From Sphyrna mokarran (lineage: Eukaryota): a DNA stretch of 64,000 bases. A program made the position numbers and the translations under genes. The stretch covers positions 57,598,001 through 57,662,000 of the forward strand of contig JAGIQG010000011.1 of NCBI GenBank assembly GCA_024679065.1, in the 5' to 3' direction. The number at the start of each line of letters is the position of its first letter. Within the stretch, counting starts at the first letter, position 1. Of this stretch, positions 1 to 11,609 are shown in pieces. The notes beneath the pieces are model-generated. The model ran no database searches and had not been told where the DNA came from. It saw nothing but the letters and a program-made list of their open reading frames with translations.

Positions 1-632
1 AACCAGCACTAGTTTCCTCGTTGCACTAAATTCCCAAGCTTATGCTCTGACTTGAATTGGACTCAGTCATAAGCTGCTATCTTCATGCTGTCTGACTTCA
101 TGTGCTTGGTAAGAATTTATATGAACTGAAACTCTACAAAGTCAGGCACTGCTGACTAAATAATCCAGTTTTGAACTAGCTACCTAACAAACTGTGGCTG
201 TTTCTCCTTAAGAGAGCTTGTTCATCTGAGATGGAAAAACATTTAACTTCAATTGTAAATTGTAGTTAAGTGTCAGATGCAATTGTAGCTAGATTTTAGA
301 GAGATTAACTGTTAAAATTCCCTAATTTATTACATTTCTTGACTTACACTGTCTCAATTTACAGTCAGTCATGAGCTGCTATCTTTGTGTTTGCTTACTG
401 AATTTTCACTTTTGAATTCATGAAGGATTTCAATTCAATTAAAAAAATCTTTTAGAATCTATAAAAACATCAAGGGGGAGAGGTCTGCAAGATTGTAATT
501 GTAAAGAAAACACCAATCTAAAACAGCAGTTTGATCCTGGGTCTATTTAAGTAGTTTGTTTTTGTCAGGGAAGTGACGTAAATATTCAGCCTCTGTAATT
601 GAGATTTGACTTAAATAACTTACTGACCATTA

Positions 633-1612
633 TAGAACATAGAACATTACAGCGCAGAACAGGCCCTTCAGCCCTTGATGTTGCACCGACCAATTAAGAA
701 AAAGCAATGACCCTCTAACCTAAACCATTCCCTTTTCATCCATAAACTTATCCACTGACCACTTAAACGCCCCCAAACTTGGCGCATCTACAACTGCAGC
801 AGGCAGGGCATTCCATACCCTTACCACCCTCTGGGTAAAGAACCTACCTCTGACATCCGTCCTATAACTACCACCCCTTAATTTATAGCTATGTCCCCTC
901 GTGCTAGCTTTCTCCATCCTAGGAAAAAGGCTATCACTGTCCACCCTATCTAAACCTCTAATCATCTTATATGTTTCAATAAGGTCTCCTCTTAGCCGCC
1001 TTCTTTCTAACGAAAACAACCTCAAATCCCTCAGCCTCTCTTCATAAGACCTGCCCTCCATACCAGGCAACATCCTGGTAAACCTCCTCTGTACCCTCTC
1101 CAATGCCTCCACATCTTTCTTATAATGTGGGGACCAGAACTGCACACAATACTCCAAGTGCGGCCGCACTAGAGTTTTGTACAGTTGCAACATGACGTTG
1201 CGGCTCCGAAATTCAATCCCCCTACCAATAAAAGCTAAGACTCCGTATGCCTTCTTAACAACCTTATCGACTTGATTGCCAACTTTCAGGGATCTATGTA
1301 CATATACACCAAGATCCCTCTGTTCTTCAACACTATTAAGAGTCCTACCATTAGCCCTACACTCTATACATTTGTTATTCCTGCCAAAGTGAATTACCTC
1401 ACACTTTTCCGCATTAAACTCCATTTGCCACCTCTCGGCCCAGCTCTGCAACTTGTCCAAGTCTCTCTGCAAACGATAACACCCCTCTTCACTATCTACC
1501 ACTCCTCCGACTTTGGTGTCTTCCATCCTTCTATACCTTCATCCAGATCATTTATAAAAATTACAAACAGCAGAGGCCCCAAAACAGATCCCTGAGGTAC
1601 ACCACTTGTAAC
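633..1612 (-). mobile_element. Young 5'-truncated CR1 LINE (RT C-terminal half + 3' tail)
   Basis: Uninterrupted 268-aa ORF 720-1526 (WQMEFNAEKC, LYKTLVRPHLEYCVQFWSP, FFTQRVVRVWNALP). [16 protein letters not shown] motif at ~1560-1610. Tail has the gggcctgttctg stem-loop and (tgttcta)n. Confidence 0.95.
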
Positions 1613-2009
1613 CTTAAATTATTCGCTTGAATTTCAGGAAAGGAATACTTCACAATTAAATTTCACATATTTTGTGATTTGACTTCTTGGTGTTTCCATT
1701 TTCTAAAATGATTATCATTTCCTTCATTTTGATTTGTTTTCCCACAATGTATAACTTCAATTTTCTTGGTTAAATATACAAGTTAATATTCCAGTTGAGC
1801 TCAATAAACCAGACAGTCCCACAGAAATTATCTCTTAAACTTTAGGGAAGTAACATTTTTACCTTTGGTTCACTAAATCTTTTTAGGTTTTCCATTTTTT
1901 TTTGCTAGAGATCTTTTTAAATTGGTACACAATAGTCCCCTTATTTCCTAAATTTTGAGATTCCTAATTTTTTTGATGCGATTTTTCTTGTCTTCTACTT
2001 TATTTCCAT

Positions 2010-2322
2010 TTAGAATCTCTACAGTGCAGAAGGAGGCTATGAGGCCCATGAAGTCTGCACTGACCACAATCTCATCCAGGACCTATTCTTATAATCCCAC
2101 TTTTTTACCTTGCTAATCCCCCTGATAGTGGGGTCAATTTAGGATAGACAACCAATCTAACCACACATCTTTAGATTTATGGGAGAAAACTGGAACACCT
2201 GGAGGAAACCACACAGACACAGGGAAAATGTGCAAACTCCACATAGACAGTGGCCTGAAGTCAGTATTGAACTTGGGTCCCTTGCACAGTGTGGTAGCAG
2301 TGCTAACCACTGTGCTACTCAT
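2010..2322 (-). mobile_element. HE1/V-SINE-type tRNA-derived SINE, CR1-type tail (tail A)
   Basis: Head gcacagtggttagcactgct, V-core ggagtttgcacattttccctgtgtctg, tail cttctgcactgtagagattcta. Confidence 0.85.
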
Positions 2323-3199
2323 GTTTAACATGGTTTATTTTGAATTTCTGAAAAATATATCTCTGCAGAAATTTTGCAAAATTTGTCAATCCCTTTATAC
2401 TTTGAATATGATTCTAACACAAAATTGAAATGAATTTTCTAATTATAGAATTAAAGTGTAGAATTTTGTGAATTTTACATTTGCTTGCCTGCATTTTGAT
2501 GAAAACTAAAAGTTTACAAAAACGTCTGACTATGTTTACACATATATAAAAATTAATTGTCATCTATGTAATTACAGTTGTGGAGGAATCGCTAGCATCA
2601 TTCACATAACTGTAGGCATTGGATATTATCCAATCCAGTTAAGAAGGTGCGGAATAATAGTAGTATTGTGGTGAATTATTTAAAGAGCGTGCAGTTCTTG
2701 TTATCTGAAGCCATAGTGCACAGACTCAAGGCTCCCTCTGCTGTCAAAGCACGCAAACACCAATGTCAATAATGCAGGAAAGCCATAGTAAGGTGGCCGT
2801 AACTTTACATGGGTTTAGGATTGTGTTCGTTTCTCGATTAACTCTGGATCTGAATGTAGCATTAAAAAATGGGATTTATTATTTTTAGAAGAGATGGCTG
2901 CACATTTCAAATCTGGATGTTTTTAACACTTGTTAATAATGCATTTGGTCCTAAGTTATTTCATTCTGATTTCTGAATGATGGTGAGTTTGTGCAGTCAG
3001 AGATAGATAGCCTCAGTAACCATTTTGTACATTTAAAGTATATACACTGTACCAAACATCATATATACTTGAAATTATATAGCTGGTTTAGACATTCATT
3101 AATATAGTTGGTCAACATAATATGTTATTAGACCATGCTTAGCTTTTGTCAAAAATACTCACTGCTACAGGATAATTCTGATATGAAAAGATATCTTCT

Positions 3200-3800
3200 A
3201 TTCCTCACTGTCTCCTTAAACCCCTCTCCCCTGCTCTCTCCATCTTCATCTTCATCTTCACAAATGCAAGCAGCTCATGGATCCATTTATTAATTCTTCT
3301 CAGCATCAATTCCCTCATATACCCAGCACAAGATATGGGTTTCTCTCATATCCACCTCCTCCTCATGCCTTCTGAGCTTCTCTTGTCCTAGAGACACATT
3401 CCCTGGACCCTATTTGCACTAAACTGCTGACCAGTTAACTTTTTCTCCCTGGCTCCCATGCTAAAAAACATTGTGAACAGTTCCCTCTCCTTAGGACCTG
3501 TCCCTACCTCTTTCAAATCTACCAATAGCATTCCCTCCGCAACTGATCCTTGTATCTTTGCAGTTTTTGATTCCATTCCCAACCCCCATTTTCCCTGTAA
3601 AAAGTTTCAATGTTTTGTCACCTTCCAAATTATTATTGTCAATCTCTTTCTTTCAACTTCATATAAACATCTCCAATCCCACCCCTCCACAGCTCTAAAC
3701 AGTGCTCTATCGAATTACTATTCTTGTCTCAGTTGTCTAAGATCTGGATTGCTGTCCCTTAACCTCTCAGACTTGCCAGCTCTGCTTCTGTAGGATGCAT
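3200..3800 (+). mobile_element. Old L2-like LINE RT fragment
   Basis: Pyrimidine-rich. PMLKNIVNSSLSLGPVPTSFKS resembles the L2/CR1 RT segment IINSSLSTGxVPxxFK. Heavily decayed. Confidence 0.5.
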
Positions 3801-3849
3801 TTAAATAAGGATCACATATCCCACAAGGTTACCTGCAGCCAGAGTGTGG

Positions 3850-4620
3850 GAAATCAGTGGTGGAATGGGGAAGTTTGTATTGGGAAAGACTAGGCATGAG
3901 GTTTTGTTCCAAGAGTACCATAATATAGGAGCCCTATTGAAAGAAAGAACAACCAAAGGTTATAATCTTTGGGCTAATGCCCAAGCCAAGTGTAAATTAG
4001 CAAAGGGATAAGCAGATTCAGGAGCTAAACACATGACTGAAGAAATAGTGTGGCAAAGAGGGTTTTCATTTCATGGAACATTGGCATCAGTATGGGACAG
4101 AATACACTGTCGGGACAGTCTGTACCTGAACCAAGCTGGGATTGGGTTCTTGGCTGAAATGATCAATAAAGCAGTCACAAGGCTTTTAAAACAGTAAAAG
4201 GTGGGCAGGCTCAAGTGGAAAAGCTAGTATAAATAACGATTCTAAAACAAATAAGAGGGCAGAGATTTGACTAATAATCAGAATTATGCTTGGGGCAGGG
4301 TAGGTAATTGGAAAATTAAAAAGTTATGTAATTAAATCAGGAGAGGGGAAAAAATATAAGACAAACATTAGAGCAGAATGACAGATGTGTGGTCTAAGTA
4401 AATGTTATTGATATAAACACATTGATATTTCAGGAACTAATTAAATGAGTTTCAAGTGCAAATTCAACCTGCATGGTAGCACACGAACAAGAATGCAAGA
4501 TGATCAGCACTGGAAATGAGATATGTTAGGTTTGAAAGTCTCCAGGAAGGATCAGGAAATACATGGAGGAGTGAGTGAAGAAAGAGGAGCAGTGGTATCT
4601 CGTATTTGAAAGGAACGTCG
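3850..4620 (+). mobile_element. Old CR1 LINE: ORF1 esterase (SGNH-like) end and start of ORF2 endonuclease
   Basis: Decayed translation KVIIFGLMP..QRDKQIQELN..CGKEGFHFMEHWHQY..RDSLYLNQAG fits the CR1 ORF1 esterase. A GxKVSRKDQ..GG segment near 4530-4575 fits the APE-EN motif. Confidence 0.7.
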
Positions 4621-4896
4621 TGTCTTATTGAGATACCTGACATCAGAAAGATGGGGATCCGCTGACAGTCATCTCTCTGCCCTTGCTGCTTACCGTTCTA
4701 TCGCATTACATGCTCTCCTAAACTCCGGTCTGGAATCCAGTAATGAAACTAGGCCTCTGATAGGTCTCTTACTAGCTCCCCGTTGGTGTTGCTATTCAAC
4801 CTTTCATCAGCAGGTCTTGGTCCTGGGATAAGTCAATGGTTACGCGGTTAAATATTTCAATAGCATTTAATATAGCAAGCTTTTCATAAAAGAATT

Positions 4897-5022
4897 GGAA
4901 TGTGATTTTCCAGCCTCGCTCACCACAAAAGCAGAAAATCCCACCTGAAGTCAATGGACTTTTCCATGGTCTGCCCCTCACCTGCTCTGATTCCTTTGCA
5001 GATGGGCAGTAAAATTCACCCC
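4897..5022. repeat. Short MITE-like element with imperfect terminal inverted repeats
   Basis: Ends gtgattttcc ... aaaattcacc. Internal aaaatcccacctgaagtcaatgg is shared with 5885-6008 and 57110-57201. Confidence 0.55.
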
Positions 5023-5145
5023 ATGATGTGGGGCTTTTGCTGATTCTCCACCATTGCCTCTATCAAATATTGATCTTAAAATTTCATTTAGATTGGGATG
5101 ATCCTTGCTTGAATTTACTATACTTCCCTATAACATGTCTTAAAA

Positions 5146-5853
5146 CCAACAGGTGCGGTGCAGATTTAGTCAGGAGATATGAGCAATGCCTATCATTGCA
5201 TCTACCTAATACGTTGCAAGAAAGGATGTCCCGAAGCATGGTATATTGGGGAGACCATGCAGACACTACGACAGCGAATGAATGAGCATCGCTCAACAAT
5301 CACCAGGCAAAACAGTTCCCTTCCTGTGGGCGAACACTTCAGCAGTCATGGGCATTCGGCCTCCGACCTGTGGGTAAATGTTCTTCAAGGGGGCTTTTGT
5401 GATACACGACAGCGCAGAGTCGCTGAGCAGAGACTGATAGCCAAGCTCTGCACACATGAGGACGGTCTTAACAGGGATCTTGGCTTCATGGCACACTATC
5501 TGTAACCCCCGTAACTTGCCTGGGTTAGCAAAAAACCTCACTTACTGTGCTGTCTGGAGAAAATACACAATTCTCTAACAATGCTCAGGATCCCCTTCAC
5601 ACACATTGTTAGCAACTTTAACACTTGAATAGCAGGTTAGATGTAAGGATTCGCATTCTAATCAGCAATCTCTGACTGTCTGTGCTGATGTGTGCTATTG
5701 CAGACCAGAACACTGCATTTGCCTGAGGAAGACACAGAGTGTTGAAAGCTTGCAATTTTGCTATCAAATAAATCGGTTGGATTAAAACTTGGTGTTGCTA
5801 AATTCTTACTGAGTTCTTACCACCCCAATCCAATGCCGGCATCTTTACATCAT
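5146..5853 (+). mobile_element. Penelope-like element, 3' fragment with GIY-YIG endonuclease end and pLTR-like tail
   Basis: ORF 5179-5505 CIYLIRCKKGCPEAWYIGETMQTLRQRMNEHR...VGEHF...RRVAEQRLIAKL...GLNRD is a classic PLE GIY-YIG C-terminus. Tail has ctgaggaag...gaaagc. Confidence 0.9.
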
Positions 5854-5884
5854 ATCATTGCATGACCATCAATCTAATAGCAAT

Positions 5885-6008
5885 CATAGATTTTACAACC
5901 TAGTTCATCCCAAAAACCATAAAATCCTGCCTGAGGTCAACAACACTTCCCATTGTCCACCCCTCGCCCACTCCAAGTCCATGGCAGGAGGGTGGGAAAA
6001 TTCTGGCC
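5885..6008. repeat. Short MITE-like element (same family as 4897-5022)
   Basis: aaaatcctgcctgaggtcaac...gggaaaattctggcc. Confidence 0.5.
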
Positions 6009-6029
6009 AATGTTTCTGGGGTCAATGTT

Positions 6030-7120
6030 GGCTTAGAAATGGAGAAACATGGAACAGCTATGAAGATTCTAGATTTCAGTAAGGTTGACTCAACAGAATG
6101 ATCAGAAGCTGTCCGCAATAAACATGGAAAATCTTTTAATGTGTTAATTAATACAGAACTGGTTTTTGCCTCTCAGGAAAAAGAGCTCGAATTGCCACAA
6201 CATAAAACTATTGAGGCCAAACGAGGTCAGAGACAACATAAAACCAGAAGGAAAAGCATATAGGAGTGGAAAAACTAGGAAAAATCTTTCTGATTGGACA
6301 GTTATACCATCAAAAGATCACAAGACAGAAAGACAAGAGTTATGAACAGGAAGTATGAAAGGCAACTTGCACACTTTATGAAAATCAACAGTTCTTTTTA
6401 CAATTACATTAGGGAAAGTAGGGTGCTCAGAAGCAATGCGAGTCCCTTGACACCAATGACAGCTACATGGCAAATGAGAATAAAGATGTAATAATTACTT
6501 GGTGTCAATATTTACAGTGGAGTAACATATCTGATACCCCAAGGAAATTAATAAGAAAGTGGGAACAGGAACGCACCAAAAATAGCCACAAAATAAAAAT
6601 AATGAAGGAAATAATGGCACTAAAGAGTGAGAAATCTCCAGACCCAGTAAGTTTCCATTCCAGTGTTTTGAAAGGGAGTAGGTAAAAGCATTGCAGATAC
6701 CCTAACTAAATTCTTCCCAAGATCTCTTGTTTCAGTAAGCATTCCCTTGCATCTCACTCTGCTACTTTAGAAAGGTGCGAGAAGGAAACCAGTTTTCCTA
6801 AGACCTTGTTGTTGGAAATTATTTCAGTTCACAAGGATTGAGTAATTGAACATCTCAAAAATGTTCAGCTAAACAAGAGAGCCAACATGGATTTGTAAAG
6901 GTAATGCATCCCTCATGACAGAACAATTAACAGAGATAACTAAAGTATTGGACTGGAGAATGTTTATAGATGTTATTTACATGGATTGCCAGAAGGCATT
7001 TGGCAAAGTTCTTTATAAGATTCTGTTCACTAATAGTTGATGAGATTGAAGGAAAATTATTGAACTAGTTTAAAATCAGCCAAGTGGCAGGAGACAAAGT
7101 TGAGATAACGAGGAGGTAGT
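6030..7120 (+). mobile_element. Old CR1 ORF2 middle segment (continuation of 3850-4620)
   Basis: Decayed KSPDPVSFHSSVLK (KSPGPDGxHPRVLK) and DVIYMDCQKAFGKV (DVIYxDFQKAFDKV) motifs. Confidence 0.75.
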
Positions 7121-7279
7121 CTTAATTTTAGAATGCAATTTTTGTGGAGCTGAAGTTTCATGCAGCTGCAGAGATAGAACCAGTGACAGATAGGCCAGGA
7201 ATTTACCACTATTAGCTGATAACCTGACAAGTTTCTGCCTCTGAGCCATTTTAAAATAGACTGGAGAGAGTGAGGGGTT

Positions 7280-8203
7280 ATAGGTCTGATGTTACAAGTG
7301 TATAGAACGTTGGTTAGGCCTCACTTGGAGTACTGCGTCCAGTTCTGGTCGCCGTACTACCAGAAGGATGTGGAGGCCCTGGAGAGAGTGCATTTACCAG
7401 GATGCTGCCTGGTATGGAAGGGCTGTCTTACGAGGAAAGATTGAACGCACTGGAGTTGTTTTCCCTTGAAAGACGTCGGCTGAGAGGGGATCTATTAGAG
7501 GTATATAAGATTATGAGGGGTATAGATAGAGTAAATGGTGGTAAACTTTTTCCACCATTAGAATCGGATAGAACGAGGGATCACGGCCTTAGGATGAGGG
7601 GAGCTATGTATAAGACGAATATTAGAGGGCATTTTTTCACACAAAGTGCAGTGGGGGTGTGGAATGCGCTACTGAGTGGGGTGGTGGGAGCAGGCATGCT
7701 AGGGTTGTTTAAGGGTCTCTTGGACAGCCACATGAGCGGTCTGCAGATAGAGGGATATAGGAGGACTGTTAAATACTTTATTTGTTTCCACAGGCTATTC
7801 GGTCCACCTTGTTGACCAACAAGGCGCATGCATTCGGCAGGTCATGCGAGGGCTGCTCTTGGATGTTACTTCAGGAGTGGCCTAGTGCTTCATGTCGTTA
7901 GTGTATGCTTAAACTGGACCATCACATGGGCAACATGACAGCTCAGAGACTATCGCTGTTGCTGTGCAGACACATGGATTTGGGCCTATGTCTGCGGGAG
8001 TTTGCGCGTTCTCCCTGTGGTTGCGTGGGTTTTCTCCGGGTGCTCTGGTTTCCTCCCACATCCCAAAAATGTGCTCTTAGGCTGATTGGGTAACAAATTG
8101 TCCCTATATTGGTCTCTATATGTTATTAAGACGTTAGGACGCGGCGCGGGCTCGTTGGGCCGAAGGGCCTGTTTCCCGTGCTGTGTTGTTCTTTGTTCTT
8201 TGT
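7280..8203 (+). mobile_element. Young CR1 3' fragment with an extended 3' UTR containing a V-SINE core
   Basis: RT C-terminus (LVRPHLEYCVQFWSP; ORF 7402-7815). V-core at ~7988-8100. CR1 stem-loop gggccgaagggcct and (gttcttt)n end. Many CpGs retained. Confidence 0.88.
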
Positions 8204-8824
8204 AGGTAGGAAGGGAGATAGAGAATTGGCTGCCATCTATCTACAAAAGGCAATTAGTCAATTAAGCCACCCAAAATATCTATTAAAGCCACTCCAACTG
8301 AACTGACTGAAATTTTCTTATCAACATACCGGTCTTTGAGACTGAAATATGGCCTAGGGATGGGGACAACCTCCCATTGGCAAACCAAGGGGTCAGCACT
8401 CCATTCAAGTAGCAATACCAGCCAACCATCCTCATCACTGCCATATCCACTAGGCTGGAGATAGTGCTGCTGCTGCTGCCCAGTGAAAGGGTTGAATCTC
8501 CTCGTTGATGGCCTAGCAGCTGTTAGCCTTTTTGTATTCATATATTTATAAAAGATCTTCAGTAGGGACCTCCATCTTGAGGAACCATCTATTTCTCCAA
8601 CCGATATCAGCAACACTCATCTTGCATGGTGAGACTGCTGACCTTTCATTGCTGAAGCACACCCTCTATTGGTCACCAGCTTCAGAATTTTGCCCACAGG
8701 CTTCAACTGGTTGGGGCAGCAAAAGGTGGCTACTCCATTGAATGCCTCCTTCAAAATCACTTCCTGGTTCCCGTCGCCTGGAATTCATTGCAGCACTGGG
8801 ATCAGACTCTGGAACAAAGAAACA

Positions 8825-9335
8825 GCCCCACAGGGTCTATTATATAGGGTTCTATATTCGCTTCAACTATTCACTGTATTTACTGTTGACTTAGATAACA
8901 GGATTGACAGGGAAGCACATATCCAAGTTTGCTATCACAAAGATAGGCACTATAGGTAGCGTAGATAAAAGCAGGAGATTACAAAAATAGATGAAGTGTA
9001 TGCGACAAAAATGTAGTAAAATTGATTTCAATATGTCATTTGCTTTGAACCTGAAATAGATTATTTTCCAAAGTGTGGAAAATTGGACACAATGAAGTTT
9101 CAAAGAGTATTGGGTCCAGGTCAAAAGATGATACAACCTGAATTTTAATTCGTGGGAATTTAGAAGGCTAAGGGATAATTTGATTAAAGGTCCCAAAATA
9201 TTAAAGGGAACTGATGTGTTAGATAGAAAAACTGTTTCTATAGTTAGGGAGTGTCAGATATACCCTAAAAGTTATGTCATTCGGGAGTGAACATTTCAAT
9301 ACACAAATAGTAGGAGAAATTTGGAAATGTCTTTC
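8825..9335 (+). mobile_element. Old CR1 RT segment (continuation of 6030-7120)
   Basis: Decayed PQG...QLFTVFTVDLD..ISKFA motif, followed by the 3' part of ORF2. Confidence 0.6.
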
Positions 9336-9339
9336 ACAA

Positions 9340-9642
9340 AGTTTAAAGTTCAACTTTATTTATGTCACAAATATGTTTAATTATTAACACTGCAATGAAG
9401 TTACTATAAAAATCCCTTAGTTGCCTTTTTGGGTACACTGAGGGAAAATTTAGCATGGCTGATGCACCTAACTAGCATGTCTTTCAGACTGTGGAAGGAA
9501 ACCAGAGCACCCAGAGGAAACCCATACAGACACAGGGAGAACATGCAGACTCCACACCGACAGTGTCCCAAGCCAGGAATTGAACCCGGGTTGCTGGCAC
9601 TGTGAGGCAGCAGTACTAACCACCGTGTCACCGTGCTGACCC
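9340..9642 (-). mobile_element. V-SINE-type SINE with alternative tail (tail B)
   Basis: Same head and core as the tail-A SINEs, but ends ...agtaacttcattgcagtgttaat...tgtgacataaataaag. Confidence 0.85.
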
Positions 9643-9789
9643 AGTTTTAATTGTAAGCCTGAGACTGATGGATATCTATTAACCCAAGTTGTTAAATGTT
9701 ATGGAAAAACGTGGTTGGGAGACAGGTCACAGGTCAGCAATGATCTTAATAAATGACAGGACACGGTTTGAGGCATGCATGGGGTGAAT

Positions 9790-10140
9790 GGGGCAGCACA
9801 TTAGCACAGTGGTTAGCACTGCTGCTTCACAGGTCCAGGGTCTTGGGTTTGATTCCTGTCTCGGGTCACTGTCTGAGTGGAGTGTGCACATTCTCCTCAT
9901 GTCTGTGTGGGTTTCCTCTGAGTGCTCCAGTTTCCTCCCACAGTGCAAAGATGTGCGGGTTAGGTTGATTGGCCATGCTAAGAAATTGCCCCTTAGTGTC
10001 CAGGGATGTATAGGTTAGAGGGATTAGTGGGTATAATATGTAGGCACATGGGGGTAGGGTCTGGGTGCTATTGTATTTGGTGTAGACTTGATGGGCTGAA
10101 GTGCCTCTTTCTGCACCGTAGGGTTCTATGATTTCTATGA
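9790..10140 (+). mobile_element. HE1/V-SINE-type SINE, tail A, full length
   Basis: gggcagcac..gcacagtggttagcactgctgc head, V-core, ttctatgatttctatga end. Confidence 0.9.
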
Positions 10141-11609
10141 CATACTTGGGGGAGGCTGAATGGCTTATTTTGGTTCGTAGGTTCTAGTTTGGCCAAATAG
10201 ACAGGCTTCTAAATCTCCTCCTATGGCTTAATGCAAATTTCCTGTAAAACACCTTGCTGCTGTTATGTGCAACATCTTAATGTTTATGTACTTGCATTGC
10301 AAAGATATTTAAGAACAACAAGAAGAATTTTAGCCTAGAAACAATTGTTGCTGAAAACTGCATCAAGTCAAAAAAGGACTAGTTGGCAATGATGAAAATT
10401 CAATCAGTACTGTATTTTGGCTTCATTTCTACAGCAATGTGGAATAATTAAAACATAGAATTTTCACATTCTGACCATCTATAAGCAACAACTGTATGTG
10501 CAAAGAAGGCAAAGAACTTCAGAAACAATAGATTGTCCAGTTTTACAGACCCCAAAGGTGCAAGTTAATTGGACAAATATTAAACCTGCACCTCTCAATA
10601 GCTGGAATACAAACAAGCAGACATCAGAAAACCAAAGCTCATATAATACAATTCAGCCTTAACAATTAGCACTATTATACTAGCAACAAAAAAGGTATTA
10701 CAGTAAAATTTGAGAAAAAGTTTGCAATATATTGTTGCAACAAACCACAATAAATACATCAAGTGTTTGTATCGTCATTCATAATAAATACTGCACAGAT
10801 GAATACTACCAAGGAGACATCTACTGTGAAAAAGTTTATGACAATATATAAGACCCAGATTGAATTCGGTTGTTGAGATTTTGTGGCTTTGTAGCCTACT
10901 TTTCTTTTCTCTTTTGGCACAACTAGGGTCACAGGTAGACTATATAAATTCTTGCAATATCCACAGTTTTAAAAATAGCAATGCAAAATACTACCTTAAT
11001 GGTAGGATTTTGGATGAGACAAATAAACTGTCAAGTGCGAGTTGAGAAACTTCCAATGTGCATTTTAATTTCTCTTTCAATGTTGGGAAATATTATTTAA
11101 AGTAATTTTCAAAAATTAATGCTGACATCGCAACCTGCCCGAAAAAGTAATTGCCTATGTAAATTTTCAAAGCTAATTTGGACCAGAAACCTCTCATTTC
11201 TTTGAACAGTATTCATAATAGCTGTTTTGCTCAATTTTCTTCAGGGATAAATTATCACACAACTAATTTTGATCAAACTGAAGAGCTTTTATGATTATAC
11301 AACTCTATATTACTTGTGCTGTCACCAAAGCTAGAACTGGAGATTTTTTGTACTTCGTGTCCATTACCTGATGATATTTTCTCAATATACAAACAGCCTC
11401 AACATACCAAGTCTATTTAAGCCTCAGTGCTTCATGTGTTTCCACACAATTTCTGGTATTCAATAGAGTTAGTTTAAAAATGAACTTAATTCCACTAATC
11501 CTATTTACATGAAGCAGCCAATGTCATCCAGAACTATTGATTAGTTTGAAGTTTTACTCATTGTATTTTGTTTATATGCCTATTATCACAAAGCCTGACA
11601 GTAGCAAAT

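Noticed and set aside
63-385. 21-bp imperfect direct repeat tcagtcat(a/g)agctgctatctt at 63 and 365
   Set aside because: Only two copies, at the window edge, with no further periodicity; cannot be interpreted.
720-1526. Host gene or domesticated RT (268-aa ORF)
   Set aside because: 5'-truncated CR1 with its tail intact and the catalytic motif deleted; the start codon is created by the deletion.
4897-6008. Composite element formed by two MITE-like repeats flanking the Penelope fragment
   Set aside because: The two repeats are quite diverged from each other, and the left one is separated from the PLE by unrelated sequence. Independent insertions are simpler.
9790-9860. tRNA genes at SINE heads
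   Set aside because: The A/B-box-like heads run straight into V-cores and do not form complete cloverleafs.
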